Source: Lingula anatina (Eukaryota > Animalia > Brachiopoda). Taken from it: DNA of 64,000 bases. The DNA lies in NCBI GenBank assembly GCA_051362555.1, contig CM120644.1, positions 12,298,567 through 12,362,566 of the forward strand, read 5' to 3'. Below, in pieces: positions 12,927 to 24,676 of this stretch (its first letter is position 1; each line of letters opens with the position of its first letter). The notes below the pieces were generated by a model. It saw nothing but the letters and a program-made list of their open reading frames with translations. It did not search any database and was not told the DNA's origin. The position numbers were made by a program, and so were the translations under genes.

Positions 12927-13731
12927 CTACGTGCAAGTACATAGTAAGAGTGAAACACATAATCCTAAAATTGATTACTTTTCTTTAATACCATACTTAC
13001 ATGTACATCACTGCCATATATATATCATGTTCAATAAAACATTCCTCTTTTTTAAATCTTAAAAAACAAACAATGCAAACACTTAACTGAAATCCTACTC
13101 ACTCACATAAGCATACATCTTATCACTAACCAATATGGGTTCCTACTCTCATAAAATTCAATACATAACTAAGCATTTAGACTAAATTAGTTTACCATCC
13201 GAAGCGCATGCATCTAAAAGACCTGCAGTGACATTCAGACTTGACAACCATATACATGTACACTGTTTAACTTGCTCTTCTTACATTCATAAGTTGTTTT
13301 CTAAGAGTTTTACAGTTTTGGCTAATTCTAAAGACAGGCAAACTTAATAACATCAAATACAACATTTATTCAACAACTTAAAGAAAAATATACATGTCCA
13401 TGTAATAGTAATTGTGCAAACAATGGATATACTAGTTGATAATTATTTTTTTGTATTTATTGTTGGTAATGAGCAAGGCCTTTTTCTGTAATACTGACAA
13501 AAATGAATGAGCTAAATCAATATCACAAGTACATGTGCCATATTTACAATGACTTGGGGCATTTGTGCATCACATTTTTTTATAATGTAAATTTTAAAAC
13601 AAACTGAAATTGTTTAAATTTCAATATATGCAGTTTCTGAGAGCACCAGTATTTTCTCTCCTTCTAGTGCAAATGTAAATGTTTATGAATATACTGAAGC
13701 AAACTTCAAAAAATATTTTCAGATCTTTGAG

Positions 13732-14510
13732 TTATATTATATCATTGTCATCATCATCATCATTATCATCATCATCATCGTCATCATCTATCCAACGAAA
13801 ATTTCTGTCTAGCAAATTTGGTAGGTCTGGCATTATGGCACTCTGATTTATAGCATCTTCTTCATGATTACATTTTTCATCATTCCCCATTTCCCCTTTA
13901 CCTTCTTCTGTCTCCCCAACATCTCTGAGAAGAGGGGCACATGTATCACTTACTTTGAGCCTTTCGTCTTGTATGGAGTCATCAAGACAGAATGTCACTC
14001 TTAATTTGCTGTCACTTTTTACAGATTTGACATTATCTCCAGCAGAATTTCCCAGGATTCCAAGGACAGAAGGCTCGCTGGCCCCTATATGCTGGTTGCT
14101 AGGTTTACTGCCTTGTTTTAACTTGAAGCATGACAATGAGCTATCTGTGCTTTTGGGCAGAGTAGGGAGAGAGGCGTTTTTCTCACAGAAATCAAATTTA
14201 AGAAACGCAGGTTGGTTGAGCTGTGTTGCACCTTTAATATTATTTCTAATTGCCAACAATGGTAGTTCACCATAACTGGCTTGTTTGACTTTAGGAAAGC
14301 TTTTGACAGAGTTAGCAAAACTTCCTGTTCGACTTCTTGAAGGGACAAGCGTATCGGAGGCAGAATTTCTACGTCTTGACTGGATGCCATTTCTTAATGC
14401 ATGATTTGGTTGGGTTGCAAGCAATCTTCTGACCTGTGGCGAGGCCTGAGTGAGCGATGTCACAGATCGTGTTGTGCTGAGAGTGTGAAACACAGAATGT
14501 GATGATCCAC
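13732..14510 (-). CDS. Alternative terminal coding exon of the GPCR (~259 aa, Ser/Thr/basic start, poly-Asp end ...DDDDDNDII*)
   Basis: Long ORF with acceptor cctatcacAG|GT-GGA-TCA (exon starts 14510) in phase 1; RRRNS and RSRTGS kinase-type motifs; TAA at 13732-13734; AATAAA (minus) at 13456 and 13365. Confidence 0.72.
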
Positions 14511-16261
14511 CTGTGATAGGCCAATTGTGAGCAGGAAAAGCAAACAGATAATCTTTACTGTAGCAAAGGAAAATACTTTGATTGGATTCCTTTTCAAAAA
14601 AATCACTTGGGACCAAAAGTTAGTTGGTCTCAACTTAAAACCCAAAATTTAGCTCTACTCCACAGAATATATCTCCAGTAGTCTACTAAAATAAAGTCCC
14701 AAAAGAAGCTTTTTTTTTTTTTTTATAAAACAGGCACATTTCAGAAAAACAAATTTTGATTTATCATGGCTCAAAAAAGACCTATTTTTTTTTCTTGAAG
14801 TTAAAAGTTCCCTTTGATCTCAAGTCCTTTTTGAAACAGGTCCATGGGAGGTTTATATAATGGATACATTTCCAGTTCACAGTCAATAATTACAGTTTGA
14901 AGCATCATTGCTGCTTCCATCTGGCAGAAAAATAATTATGTTCAAGATCAAAATCATTAGAAACTAGTAGCTTTTTGACTAAGATGTGACAATATCTAAA
15001 ACTTTTGTTTTATAAGTATTCCAAAATGCAAGTCTAAAATTCTCATGATCTGTGATGTTAAAGGCTATTGATATATATGTATTCAATATTTCCGTTAAAT
15101 ATATCATACATTAATCATAACTACTTGCTACCAGTAGAATTTAAAAATAGAATAAAATGAAGACTTCCCAATTACTTCAGTTCATAATTGCCAATTTATC
15201 TGTAAATATCACTTGAATCATGACAAAAAATTACATCAACAATGAAAAACTTCTGGCTGACAGACACTTGCAGTTGAGGGATATATACAAAACTCTTTCA
15301 AAAGTACATTGTACAAATATCTACAAACAGGTATAAAATGGTGTAACCAACAATTAGTCATAAAAACATCACTCATCACCACGCGATTATGTTCCAGGTT
15401 TCAAAAATTGATAAATTACTAAAATCTACACACACACACACAATCAATTTAATTAGAAAACAGTTCTGATGATGAGCAATGTTGCAGTGGAACACCAACT
15501 TCTACTGTCAGCAAAATATTCCAAAATACAAAACAACATGAGGGATATTTAAAATATAAATAAGTGTGGTACCAAAAATTGAACACCTTTTTTGACTCAT
15601 AGTTATTGTACTCCCTGCCATATGGGACAAACATTTTGTTGAATTAAGAGAGACAGGGTTTATTTTCCTGAAAATTTCAACACTTTTACCCTTGATCACC
15701 AGGGTGCACCAAGTTAAAAGCCACTCACAATTTACAATCAAATCTAGAAAAAATTTTAGTTTGCATTTTTAATCCTTGAGTCACTCTAATAACAAAGGTG
15801 GAAACTGTATGATGAACTGTGCTCATGATGATAAAAATGGAAGTTGAAAAACTTCAAAATTAAAAAAAAAAAAAAAAAAAAAGACTTTTCTGAAAGTTTT
15901 AGATAAGATATATTTTGGGATTAACAAATTTAGTGAAATTTTCAGGTAAATAATTTTTTTATAATAAAAATCTAAAAACTCACTGTGTGACACAGTTTAA
16001 ACAAGTTTACATATATAATAATACAATACAATAAGATGACCAACATCACAGTTTGCAAAATATCACAGCCGTTTGTTTACATACATCATGTTGTAAACAA
16101 CACCTGACAACATTGGTATACTGACAGCCAAAATACTTGAAAATACAAAAGCACATAGAGATGACAGACCTGTGAACAATAACTGAAAATCCACCCAGCA
16201 CTATTTCAATTAAAACAATTTTTAGACTTATTGCAGGAAGAATTTTATTCTTGGGACCTAA

Positions 16262-16440
16262 CCCCTCAGCCATAATGGGAGTTAAAAAGAACTGCCCCTT
16301 TCGCAAATGTCCACTCTGAATCAAAAACTATATATGAGTTTTATGCCATTTTGTAAGTCAGGTCAAATGACAGGTGAAAAGGTCCACATTCTAAGAAAAA
16401 GAACCCCACCCCTTTGAAATTGCTGGCTAAGTAAGGGCCT
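16262..16440. mobile_element. Degenerate ~170-220 bp MITE family remnant (related copies ~17375-17575, 21142-21308, 21385-21600, 49652-49853, 51877-52055)
   Basis: Shared layout: G-tract, AAAGAACTGCCCCTTT, GTCCAC, CCCCTTTGAAATTGCTGGCTA. The best-preserved ends are CAGGCATTAGCC...GGCTATGGGGCTG at 49652-49853. Confidence 0.55.
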
Positions 16441-17905
16441 TCATGAGACTTAAATTAATGTCCAACAAGAAGACCTATTCTCGGGACAAAATGATAGTCT
16501 AGTGGTCAGGTTGAAAAACAGGATTGTGGGTAAATTGATGGAAAACAAATGTTACCCAAAGTGACCTTAATGGTTGATTGCAATCAAGCTGGGATTAGTC
16601 TTGAAATAGTTTTAATGAAAACAGTGCTGGCTGTGGCCTGATGCTTACAACAGTAAATCACAGAGGAGGACACAGTTATCATGAGCATCTCTTCATGTTA
16701 CTGACACATACAATACTGTAGTTATAAAAACATCTAAAAAAGGGGTTGGGGAATAAATTCACAATATTGAAATATAAAAGTTTTGTACATACAATTTGCT
16801 TTCCTAAATGTCTCCCTTGCTAAAAATTGAACACAGTAAGCATAAAGGTTTAAAATATAAACAGCTACTTAAATATTCAATATGCAGACTCATTTTAAAT
16901 TCAACTTTAGTCAAGTATATATCAAACATTAATGACATCTCTGTCACATCCTGACACAATCCTACATCTCAGCAATCACAATCATACCAGAGCACACTCC
17001 ACATTGTGCAAATCACAACAAACACATTTAGTTTAAGTCTCTGGAACAAAAATAGACAATGTGATAAAATCATGGGGAAAAAGAGGGAGGGGGGGGGGGG
17101 CTGATGGATAAGGAAAGCCTTTTCTTTAAACTGGGTCTGCCCTCCCAAAAAGAACAGTTTTTAAATAACCTATAAGCATGAGCTCACTAGCTTTACCTAT
17201 AAAGGGTTGTGGTTTTATGCAGGAATTAGCAATTGAAATTTTTTCTTCAAAATATAACTTGGTTTCATTATTGAAAAAATGTGTTACATGTATATCTCTT
17301 GCATTTCTGGTATTATCATTTAGATATCAGAAATGAATGAATATATTTAGTTCATAAACTTAGCACCAACACCAACCTGTAGGCTGGTGGGGGGGGGGGG
17401 GGGGGGGGTTAAATAGAACTGCTCTTTTGGTTAGGAAACAGATCTGCTCTCACTCAAAAATGTACCTACATATACCTCCTTTGCCAAAATTGTCAATTTG
17501 GGCCAACTAAGCTGGTAAAAAAGACACCCCTTTATTTAAAGAACCCCCTGCCCCTTGAAACTGCTGGTTACACTCTTCCAACATCTCAATTATTCTTCAA
17601 CCTTTTGTAGGCTTCTTTTCCTGCCAAGCTGAGGGCAATACTCAGAAACTCTCACCACATATTCATATATATATGTACACTCTGCGTGAGTGAACTCTAC
17701 AAGTACACTAAAATCCCATTTCCTGACTATATAGTACACCCTGTTGTATCTGGTCTCACTGACACCAATGGAAACAGCATCAATTATGCAGTGTCTCTTA
17801 ATTCAAGGGCAATTGATTCAAATAATTAACACCTTCACAAATGCTTCAGGGAAGATCAAACACCCACTCCACCTACTAATCAGGTGCCATTTTAAAGAAA
17901 ACAGA

Positions 17906-18024
17906 CTAATCACAATTACACGATTCAATGACAGAAAAATGCCAATTAGCCAACATTTCACAGTAATATACATTTATCAGTGATCTACGTCGCGAGGCCA
18001 GCAATTTCAACTGGGGTTGTTTCT
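17906..18024 (-). CDS. Weak candidate alternative terminal exon (EKQPQLKLLASRRRSLINVYYC...SCNCD*)
   Basis: Acceptor ttcacatttcAG|AG-AAA-CAA in phase 1; CpG-rich TCGCGACGT codons are unusual for intron DNA here; RRRS motif as in the longer tails. Confidence 0.3.
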
Positions 18025-19580
18025 CTGAAATGTGAATCTTTTTACTCCCTAAGTTGACCCAGTTGACAAAGTAACAGTCAAATGGCAGAGAACTTCGATC
18101 AAATTTTTATACATGTGAGGATGTTTATACATTCTAATTTGGGATTTACCTGTATATATTTCATCACTAAAAGCTCAGATGATTTGCAAGATAATGATAG
18201 GACAGAGACAGCGAGAGAGGGAGAGGTTCAATCAAATTCTCTGAAGAGGTCCATTAATTTCATACCACTAGGGACACATTGATATTAATGGCACATATTA
18301 CATCAGCCACTTCTCACTGATCTACTGGGACATACATAATTTATATTCAATTACCCAAATAACATATTTTGATGCACAGGAAACACTTAAGCTTTATTCC
18401 CAGGTGCCCTTTCTGATCCCATTTCCCACCAAAGCAAGTGTGCAGTGTTCATTCCATTAGCTTGCTTTACAGAAGAAAATTTGTAATTTCCCCGCAGAGT
18501 CCACATGTATCATGGTACCGGAACTGAATTAAACCCTGTGGTTTAATTAAGCTAGGGTGGGGGTTGAACAGAAGGAGATAACGGAGAGACTATTTTAGTT
18601 GAGGGGGAGGGGGCGGGGGAGGGGGTCCTGTGAGATGGAACTTGATCAGCCAAGAAAAGAATGACTGAATCTACATCTTGTAAGTTAGGTGATAAATAAA
18701 TAAATAAATAAACACACAGATTCAAACACACATACTTCATCCAGATCACAATCTCAACAATCTACATCATAACATTGGAATTACATACATTTTGTTTTAC
18801 AGGAAATAAACAAACATCACTTCACCACACTCTTATCTTCCTTTCACTAGAACCACATTCCTCTATTGAATGAATTGATAATTTGTTGAACAGCACTGAA
18901 TTGATATCATCTATCATAATGCTTTTCACTGCTGGTTTGTGTTAGTTATATCATACAACTGTTATCTTACAATAAAACTTATATTTGAAATTATAGAATC
19001 ATGTATGATGGTGTAAATTTAATTATTATCAATAACACTATCTCTAAAAGTTAATCAAAATAATCAAGAAACATAAGATATATAAAGCTGAAAAAATAAA
19101 AATGCAACTGATTTCATAATAAGGAAAAGTTAGGAATGCTTTCAGATAAAGTTGTGTGCAATCTGTAAGTATGTTAAGTGCCTTTTGTTAAGAAAGGGAC
19201 TCGACAAGTCCAGTTTTCATTTTGAACAAAGTAAATATTTTTGATAAAGACGCCTGCAGTTTAAAATATACAATTCATGTCTAAAAAGTAAAACTTTTTT
19301 CCAAATATTATAAATAAAATTTTTCTTTTTTTATTTTCTGTTTTAATGTTACTAGCATGTTATTAGTTGTCCATGCACTGGGGTCATAATAAACATATCA
19401 AGACTAAGTTATGCACCTTATTACGTATCAGAACCATCAAAAAGACAGCAGATTTTGCTATTGTTCCTTTTATAAAGACCAGTCAATACATGCTAAGTAA
19501 CATAAATATCTTAAACAATTTTCTAGTGTTCATTAGGAATTGGAAAACGTTTTAAAATTCATTGAAAAAATATTCCTTAC

Positions 19581-19710
19581 CTAACATTTCCTCTGTTACA
19601 TATCCCTGTCCACGGCATATGATTTCTTTGAAACCCTCGCGGAAAGAAGGACTACGCAGAGCATAGATAATTGGATTACATGCACTATTCATGTAGCCGA
19701 AGAGATAAGC
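19581..19710 (-). CDS. GPCR coding exon 2: TM7 and helix 8 (AYLFGYMNSACNPIIYALRSPSFREGFKEIICRGQGYVTEEML)
   Basis: NPxxY motif and F(R/K)xxF helix-8 pattern. The acceptor catcttcAG at 19711 (phase 0) matches the exon-1 donor; the donor TTAG|GTAAGG at 19581/19580 is phase 1. Confidence 0.95.
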
Positions 19711-22323
19711 CTGAAGATGTAATGGATATACAGTGAGCACACTTTTTTTTTTATTAAAACATACATATATGACATATATATATTATGGTTAGAGTTTGGT
19801 CTGTTACAAGATACTTAATGGTAAGAGAAAATATCTATGATATGTGAGATACAATAAATATGTAGTATATAAAGTTTGTAGTGAGACAGTTAAATACAAA
19901 GCATAATTATGTGATGCTATGTAATAAGATATATCCATTTTATGTTTGGAAAAAATATATAATACACATAAACTGAATCTTTGATATATATTGCAGCAAA
20001 AAATTATACAGCATAAAAATAAAATACAAAGTATATACTAGTATGTGTGAGGAATGATTAACTTTAAGTTGGAAAGTTCTGTCTCCAGTAAACATAATAA
20101 AAAAACTTTTCCTATATTTAAAACTAATTATTTGACATACGTCCAATAAGCAAAATTCCTCAATTCCATTTATCTTATCTTGGTTTGTTCAAAGCTGTCT
20201 CTGAGAAAGACACTGATGACTTCACTCTTAATCAGATTTTGTCATCAATACACTGACAGAGCTGATCTTCTAAAGGACGGAAATGCAGTTAGAGGGTTCT
20301 CAAACCACAGGAGAAATTTCAAACGGCATATTGGGTTCCCCATTTGTCTGTCAGTAGATAACGAGCAGATTACTGCAGTGGCAATGGGTTTACCATGTCT
20401 TTCCCAACCACTGTCAGTCTCTATTACGTCTGGACTTCGAAAGTACCTCTACTGAATTACAGATAGTGGAAATATAATGGCCTGTTAGGCAGACAAGGAG
20501 GAACATTTTTTAAATCACGATTTGTTTTTTTTTTATCTATTACACAATCCTAATAATGGAATCTTCTTTTGGTAATAAATTTTATACTAATTTTCAAGAT
20601 TTAAAATTCATGGTGCACATGCAGTTCATGATGCTTGAAAATAATGATGAAACTGAGAATTAACCAAGATGTAAATAATTTCAAATGCTTCAAATGTTTT
20701 ATAATAACTTAACTGTATTAGCATTTTTATCTAAGGCCAATTGATCCGATTAAATTTCCTTTTATTTCTTTTCATAATATTGTTTGCACTCACAAAATAA
20801 ATAAATTAGCAACTCAAATGCTATCTTTTATCATTTCAAAAAATTTCACTGTAAGAATGGCATACCTCAATTACACAATTTCCATTGATTACTTTTTAAA
20901 AATATTATTTAAATATCATTATTTCATTATTTGAAATACATGATTTTCATGTATTTTTTCCGGTTTTCTTAAAACAGCCTAAATATGAGAGATGGAGTAA
21001 AGGCAATAGCATGGATATTGATAAAAAAGAAAATCAAGTTACACTGACCCATATATTTGCCAGGTTATGCAAGAAGCAGCTAAATTATATCAAGGCAGTC
21101 TTCTTGGTTTCGACAGGGTTGCCAATACTGTGTGTTTGGTATCATGCCTGTAGCCAGAAGGGATCGGAGGGTTGGAACAAACTGCTCTTTTTGCCAGGAA
21201 AGAGTTCACTCTGGGTAAAAATTGATCTAAGTACACTACAGTTTCATGGTAAGAGGTCTACATGGTAAAAGTGCATCCCTCCTTTGAAATCGCTGACTGT
21301 TAGCATAGGCATCATTTCCACTTACACCAATTTTCTGGTTATCTATTCCTCCTTTGTTTTTGTTAATTCATGATAGACCAACAGACATACAGGAAGGGTA
21401 GGAGGGGATGGTGTGTGTGTGGGGAGGGGGGATTAAATTTAAAGAACTGCCCTTTTGGCCAGAAAATATCTGCTCTGAATCAAAACTTGATCAAGAATCA
21501 TATACCATTTCTTTCAACTGGATCACTTAAGGGGAGAAAAATTAAAGGTCTACTTTTCCAGAACCTCCCTGTCAAATTGCTGGCTACAGATATGGACATG
21601 AGTTCCACATATTTTGGAAACAACAGTATTGGCATAACTGAGTTTATCATATCCTAATAATTTTATTTTTCACCTTTGTGATGATAAAGAAAATGTTTTA
21701 CCGCCCGAGGGTTTCGCCAGACATAAATTATAGGGTTACAGCAACTGTGCAGGTACCCAAGCCAGTACACCTGCAATTACATTTGGATGTAAAAAAACAC
21801 CATTAATGTACCAGTTGTAATTAATTATTTGACAATTTTGGGCAAAAAAAAATTTTTTCTGGTGGGAAGGGGGTAAGGGTATCAGTTGAACAGACTCCAT
21901 TGCCAATTTGTGACATGTGGTGTTGCTCGAGTCCCAGAAATTGCACTTCATGCACTTTTCTTTTTAAATATTCATAGACATGGTTTTCTGCTTGTACAAA
22001 GCATTAACTGACAAAATTCCGAAAAATATTTTTTCTTGACTAAAATAGATTAAATTTTTTATTCTTTTTTTTTTTTTTTTTGTAAATCCACAGCATATGT
22101 ACTACTTGTAAAGCTAGTAGTTTAAAGAACCTATTAATGTGAATATATCTAATGCCCAATAAAGGATTTTCTTTAATTTGACCAAAAAACAAAAAAAATC
22201 TTTATATTTAAAATCTCCTCCCCTCCTTAAATATTTGATTTGGTTATTTTGTGACCACATATACTACGAAAGTATTAGCAATATGTTGTAAAAAAAGTTT
22301 GGTTTTGCATGCTGTCTACTTAC

Positions 22324-23226
22324 CAGAGGGTTGGCCCAGTGCGGGAGACTGGTCTTGTCCTCAATAATGGAAGCATACGTGGAGTAGACGATGTAAGGAA
22401 ACCAGCATATGAAGAACACCACCAAGACAATGAACAGCGTCACAGTTATACGTTTCTGCTGGGCCAGAACCGAATCTCTCTCTTGGTTAGTATGTGCTTG
22501 GAGTCGCAATGTGTAGCCTTTGATTTCCACAAACATCCTCCGGTAGCAAAATATCATCACGACAAACGGCACGAGCCAGCACGTGCTTGTCGTGAATATT
22601 GTGTGTGCATACTGTTGGGTTGTGTGCGGAAAATCTGGGCCACACTGGGTTGTGGCATTTTTATAAACCACGTGATTCAGTCCTGTTACTGTTAACATGG
22701 CGGTGAGGAACCCCCAAAACCAGGCGCCGCCAATCATGAGCAGGATTTTACGGTATGTTAACACTCGACTAAATGGTCGTGTAATTGTTACATATTTGTG
22801 GACGCTGATATACATTAGGTTATGAATTGAAGTCACCAGGAAAAAAGCCATTGTAAATCCATTAAAAACACAAAATTCATCCTCAAATATCCATGTCCCA
22901 CGTATAATAGTGGCTAATGAGAATGGCATATCCAATATGGCAACACACAAATCTGCTGTGGCCAAACTTCCCAGAAACATGTTAGTCCTTGTTCGCATAC
23001 CTTTATGACGGCCTATCACAGATAAAACCATTAAATTACCTACAATGGCACATAACATAAATATTGACAAAAACGTTGCAAAGATGACCTTCATGGGTAA
23101 ATCCCAATGGTCACCATGGTGACCATCAAGATCGTTGTGGAACGTCACATTCAGTGTTCTGTTTGGAGATGTCAAGGTAAGGGTAAAGTGGTCCATTGTG
23201 GTCAGATCCATGCCTGAAGGGGTCAT
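22324..23226 (-). CDS. Orphan class A (rhodopsin-like) GPCR, coding exon 1: N-terminus to TM6/ECL3 (301 aa)
   Basis: GN in TM1, TNMFLGSLATADL in TM2, ECL1 W and C3.25, ISVHKY at the DRY position, W4.50, P5.50 and Y5.58, CWFPY in TM6; N-glycosylation sequons NRT/NVT. The first in-frame ATG is at 23226 (in-frame TAA at 23305-23307; the ORF track start at 23283 is TTG). Donor CTG|GTAAGT at 22324/22323. Confidence 0.95.
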
Positions 23227-24384
23227 CTCACTGATGCCAATAAAAGATTCTATGTCCAGACCGAGATTCTTGGCAATCCTCAAAAGAAATCCATAAGAGT
23301 TTGCTTAACTATGTCATTCGATGTTGTTTTTAATCTCAATCAAATGTCCAGTATGGAGCAATCTCAGGCAGATCTGCCAAAAGTTCCGTAAAGCAGTCTA
23401 TTTCAATATGTTATAGAGTGAATGGGCTGGTTCCATATGCACAGCACAGTATATATTCATTGAGGCGTATCCACTGAATAATAACTCCACAAGCTAAATG
23501 ATCACTGAATTCATTTTTCACTTAGTTTTCCAGATTGCAGCAGAAATTGTCACCACTTGTCAGCAAAATAAATACTTAACATTTATCAATACAGTGGAAT
23601 TCCTGGTAACAGACATTGATGCCTCTTCATGAAGTCATACCTCTGCCAATGACTTCAATTTGTCAAAGCTCAAGTCAGCAAATGACGTTCAGCCTTTCTC
23701 AAGCAAAAAGTTGGCCCATTCTAAAAGAAGTATGATTTTCAGTTGTAAATTAAGATTGTCTGGTGAACGCCATACCTAGTATCCACCATGCAGCTTACTG
23801 ATAAAAAAAAAAAAAAAAAAAACAACATATAATATCCTACACGTAATTAAAGTTTGAAGTCCCATGTTACATGACTTTACACATATATCAGAACAAGCTC
23901 ACCACATACCCACAGCCAGAACATGTATTGAATCAATTTCCTGTTATGTCAAAAATATCTGTGCTTTATATTTTTTATCTCTGAATAACAGGCTGCTGCC
24001 TGTAAGCCCACTTACATAAAATGAAGCAAATTAAAAAAAAATTTTGTTGTGTAAGAATTGGCAAAACATTAACCTGGCCCATTAATGAGTCGAGGCCACT
24101 TGCTTTTAACACAGCACTTTAGTACATTCATTTTTTTCAGCTATGTGGAACTGCCATATAACAAAAAGGCAATCGAGGATTCTCACATACAGTGTGAATC
24201 CCTGTTGCCTTTTTAGGAAAAACTCTAGCCAATGTCAGCTAAAAGCCACTGCAGCTTTTATTCATGCTTGGTTGATGATAGATTGAATATTAATGGAGTT
24301 TTCTGTGGTTATTAACACGACAATTGGAATGTTACAGTAGCAATATTCATAAAGTCATTGAATAGCAGGTGTCTGAAAGCTTAC

Positions 24385-24676
24385 CCTATTTTTCTGCATT
24401 CATTCTGATATACTCTGCTGGTCAAGTGCTGAAAATCCACCAGATCTGATCCAAGATTTTTTTTCTTTTTGTTCACTTATTTCAAGTTATTCTCTTGCTG
24501 TAATGACTCATTATCCAGAATAATGTTGAGAAGTGCAATTCTTTGCTCCAAAGTACTTCTCCACGGCAGACTGATAAATATAGGATTGTGTCATCACAGT
24601 ACTATCTTGTTGTTTTTAATTCATTTGGCGTAATGTGCACTAGACCATACCCCCAGAGAGATTCTGTGCAGCTGAA
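24385..24676 (-). other. Probable non-coding 5' UTR exon of the GPCR gene
   Basis: Strong acceptor ttcttttttgtttttcAG at ~24677 and donor AGG|GTAAGC at ~24384. A further strong acceptor (T)n-atcAG at ~23798 opens the coding exon. Confidence 0.45.

Noticed and set aside
19581-23226. Calling the receptor an opsin or a biogenic-amine receptor
   Set aside because: Position 7.43 is Tyr, not Lys, and 3.32 is Met, not Asp.
23227-23283. ORF-track start of the GPCR at 23283
   Set aside because: The codon is TTG; the first in-frame ATG is at 23226.
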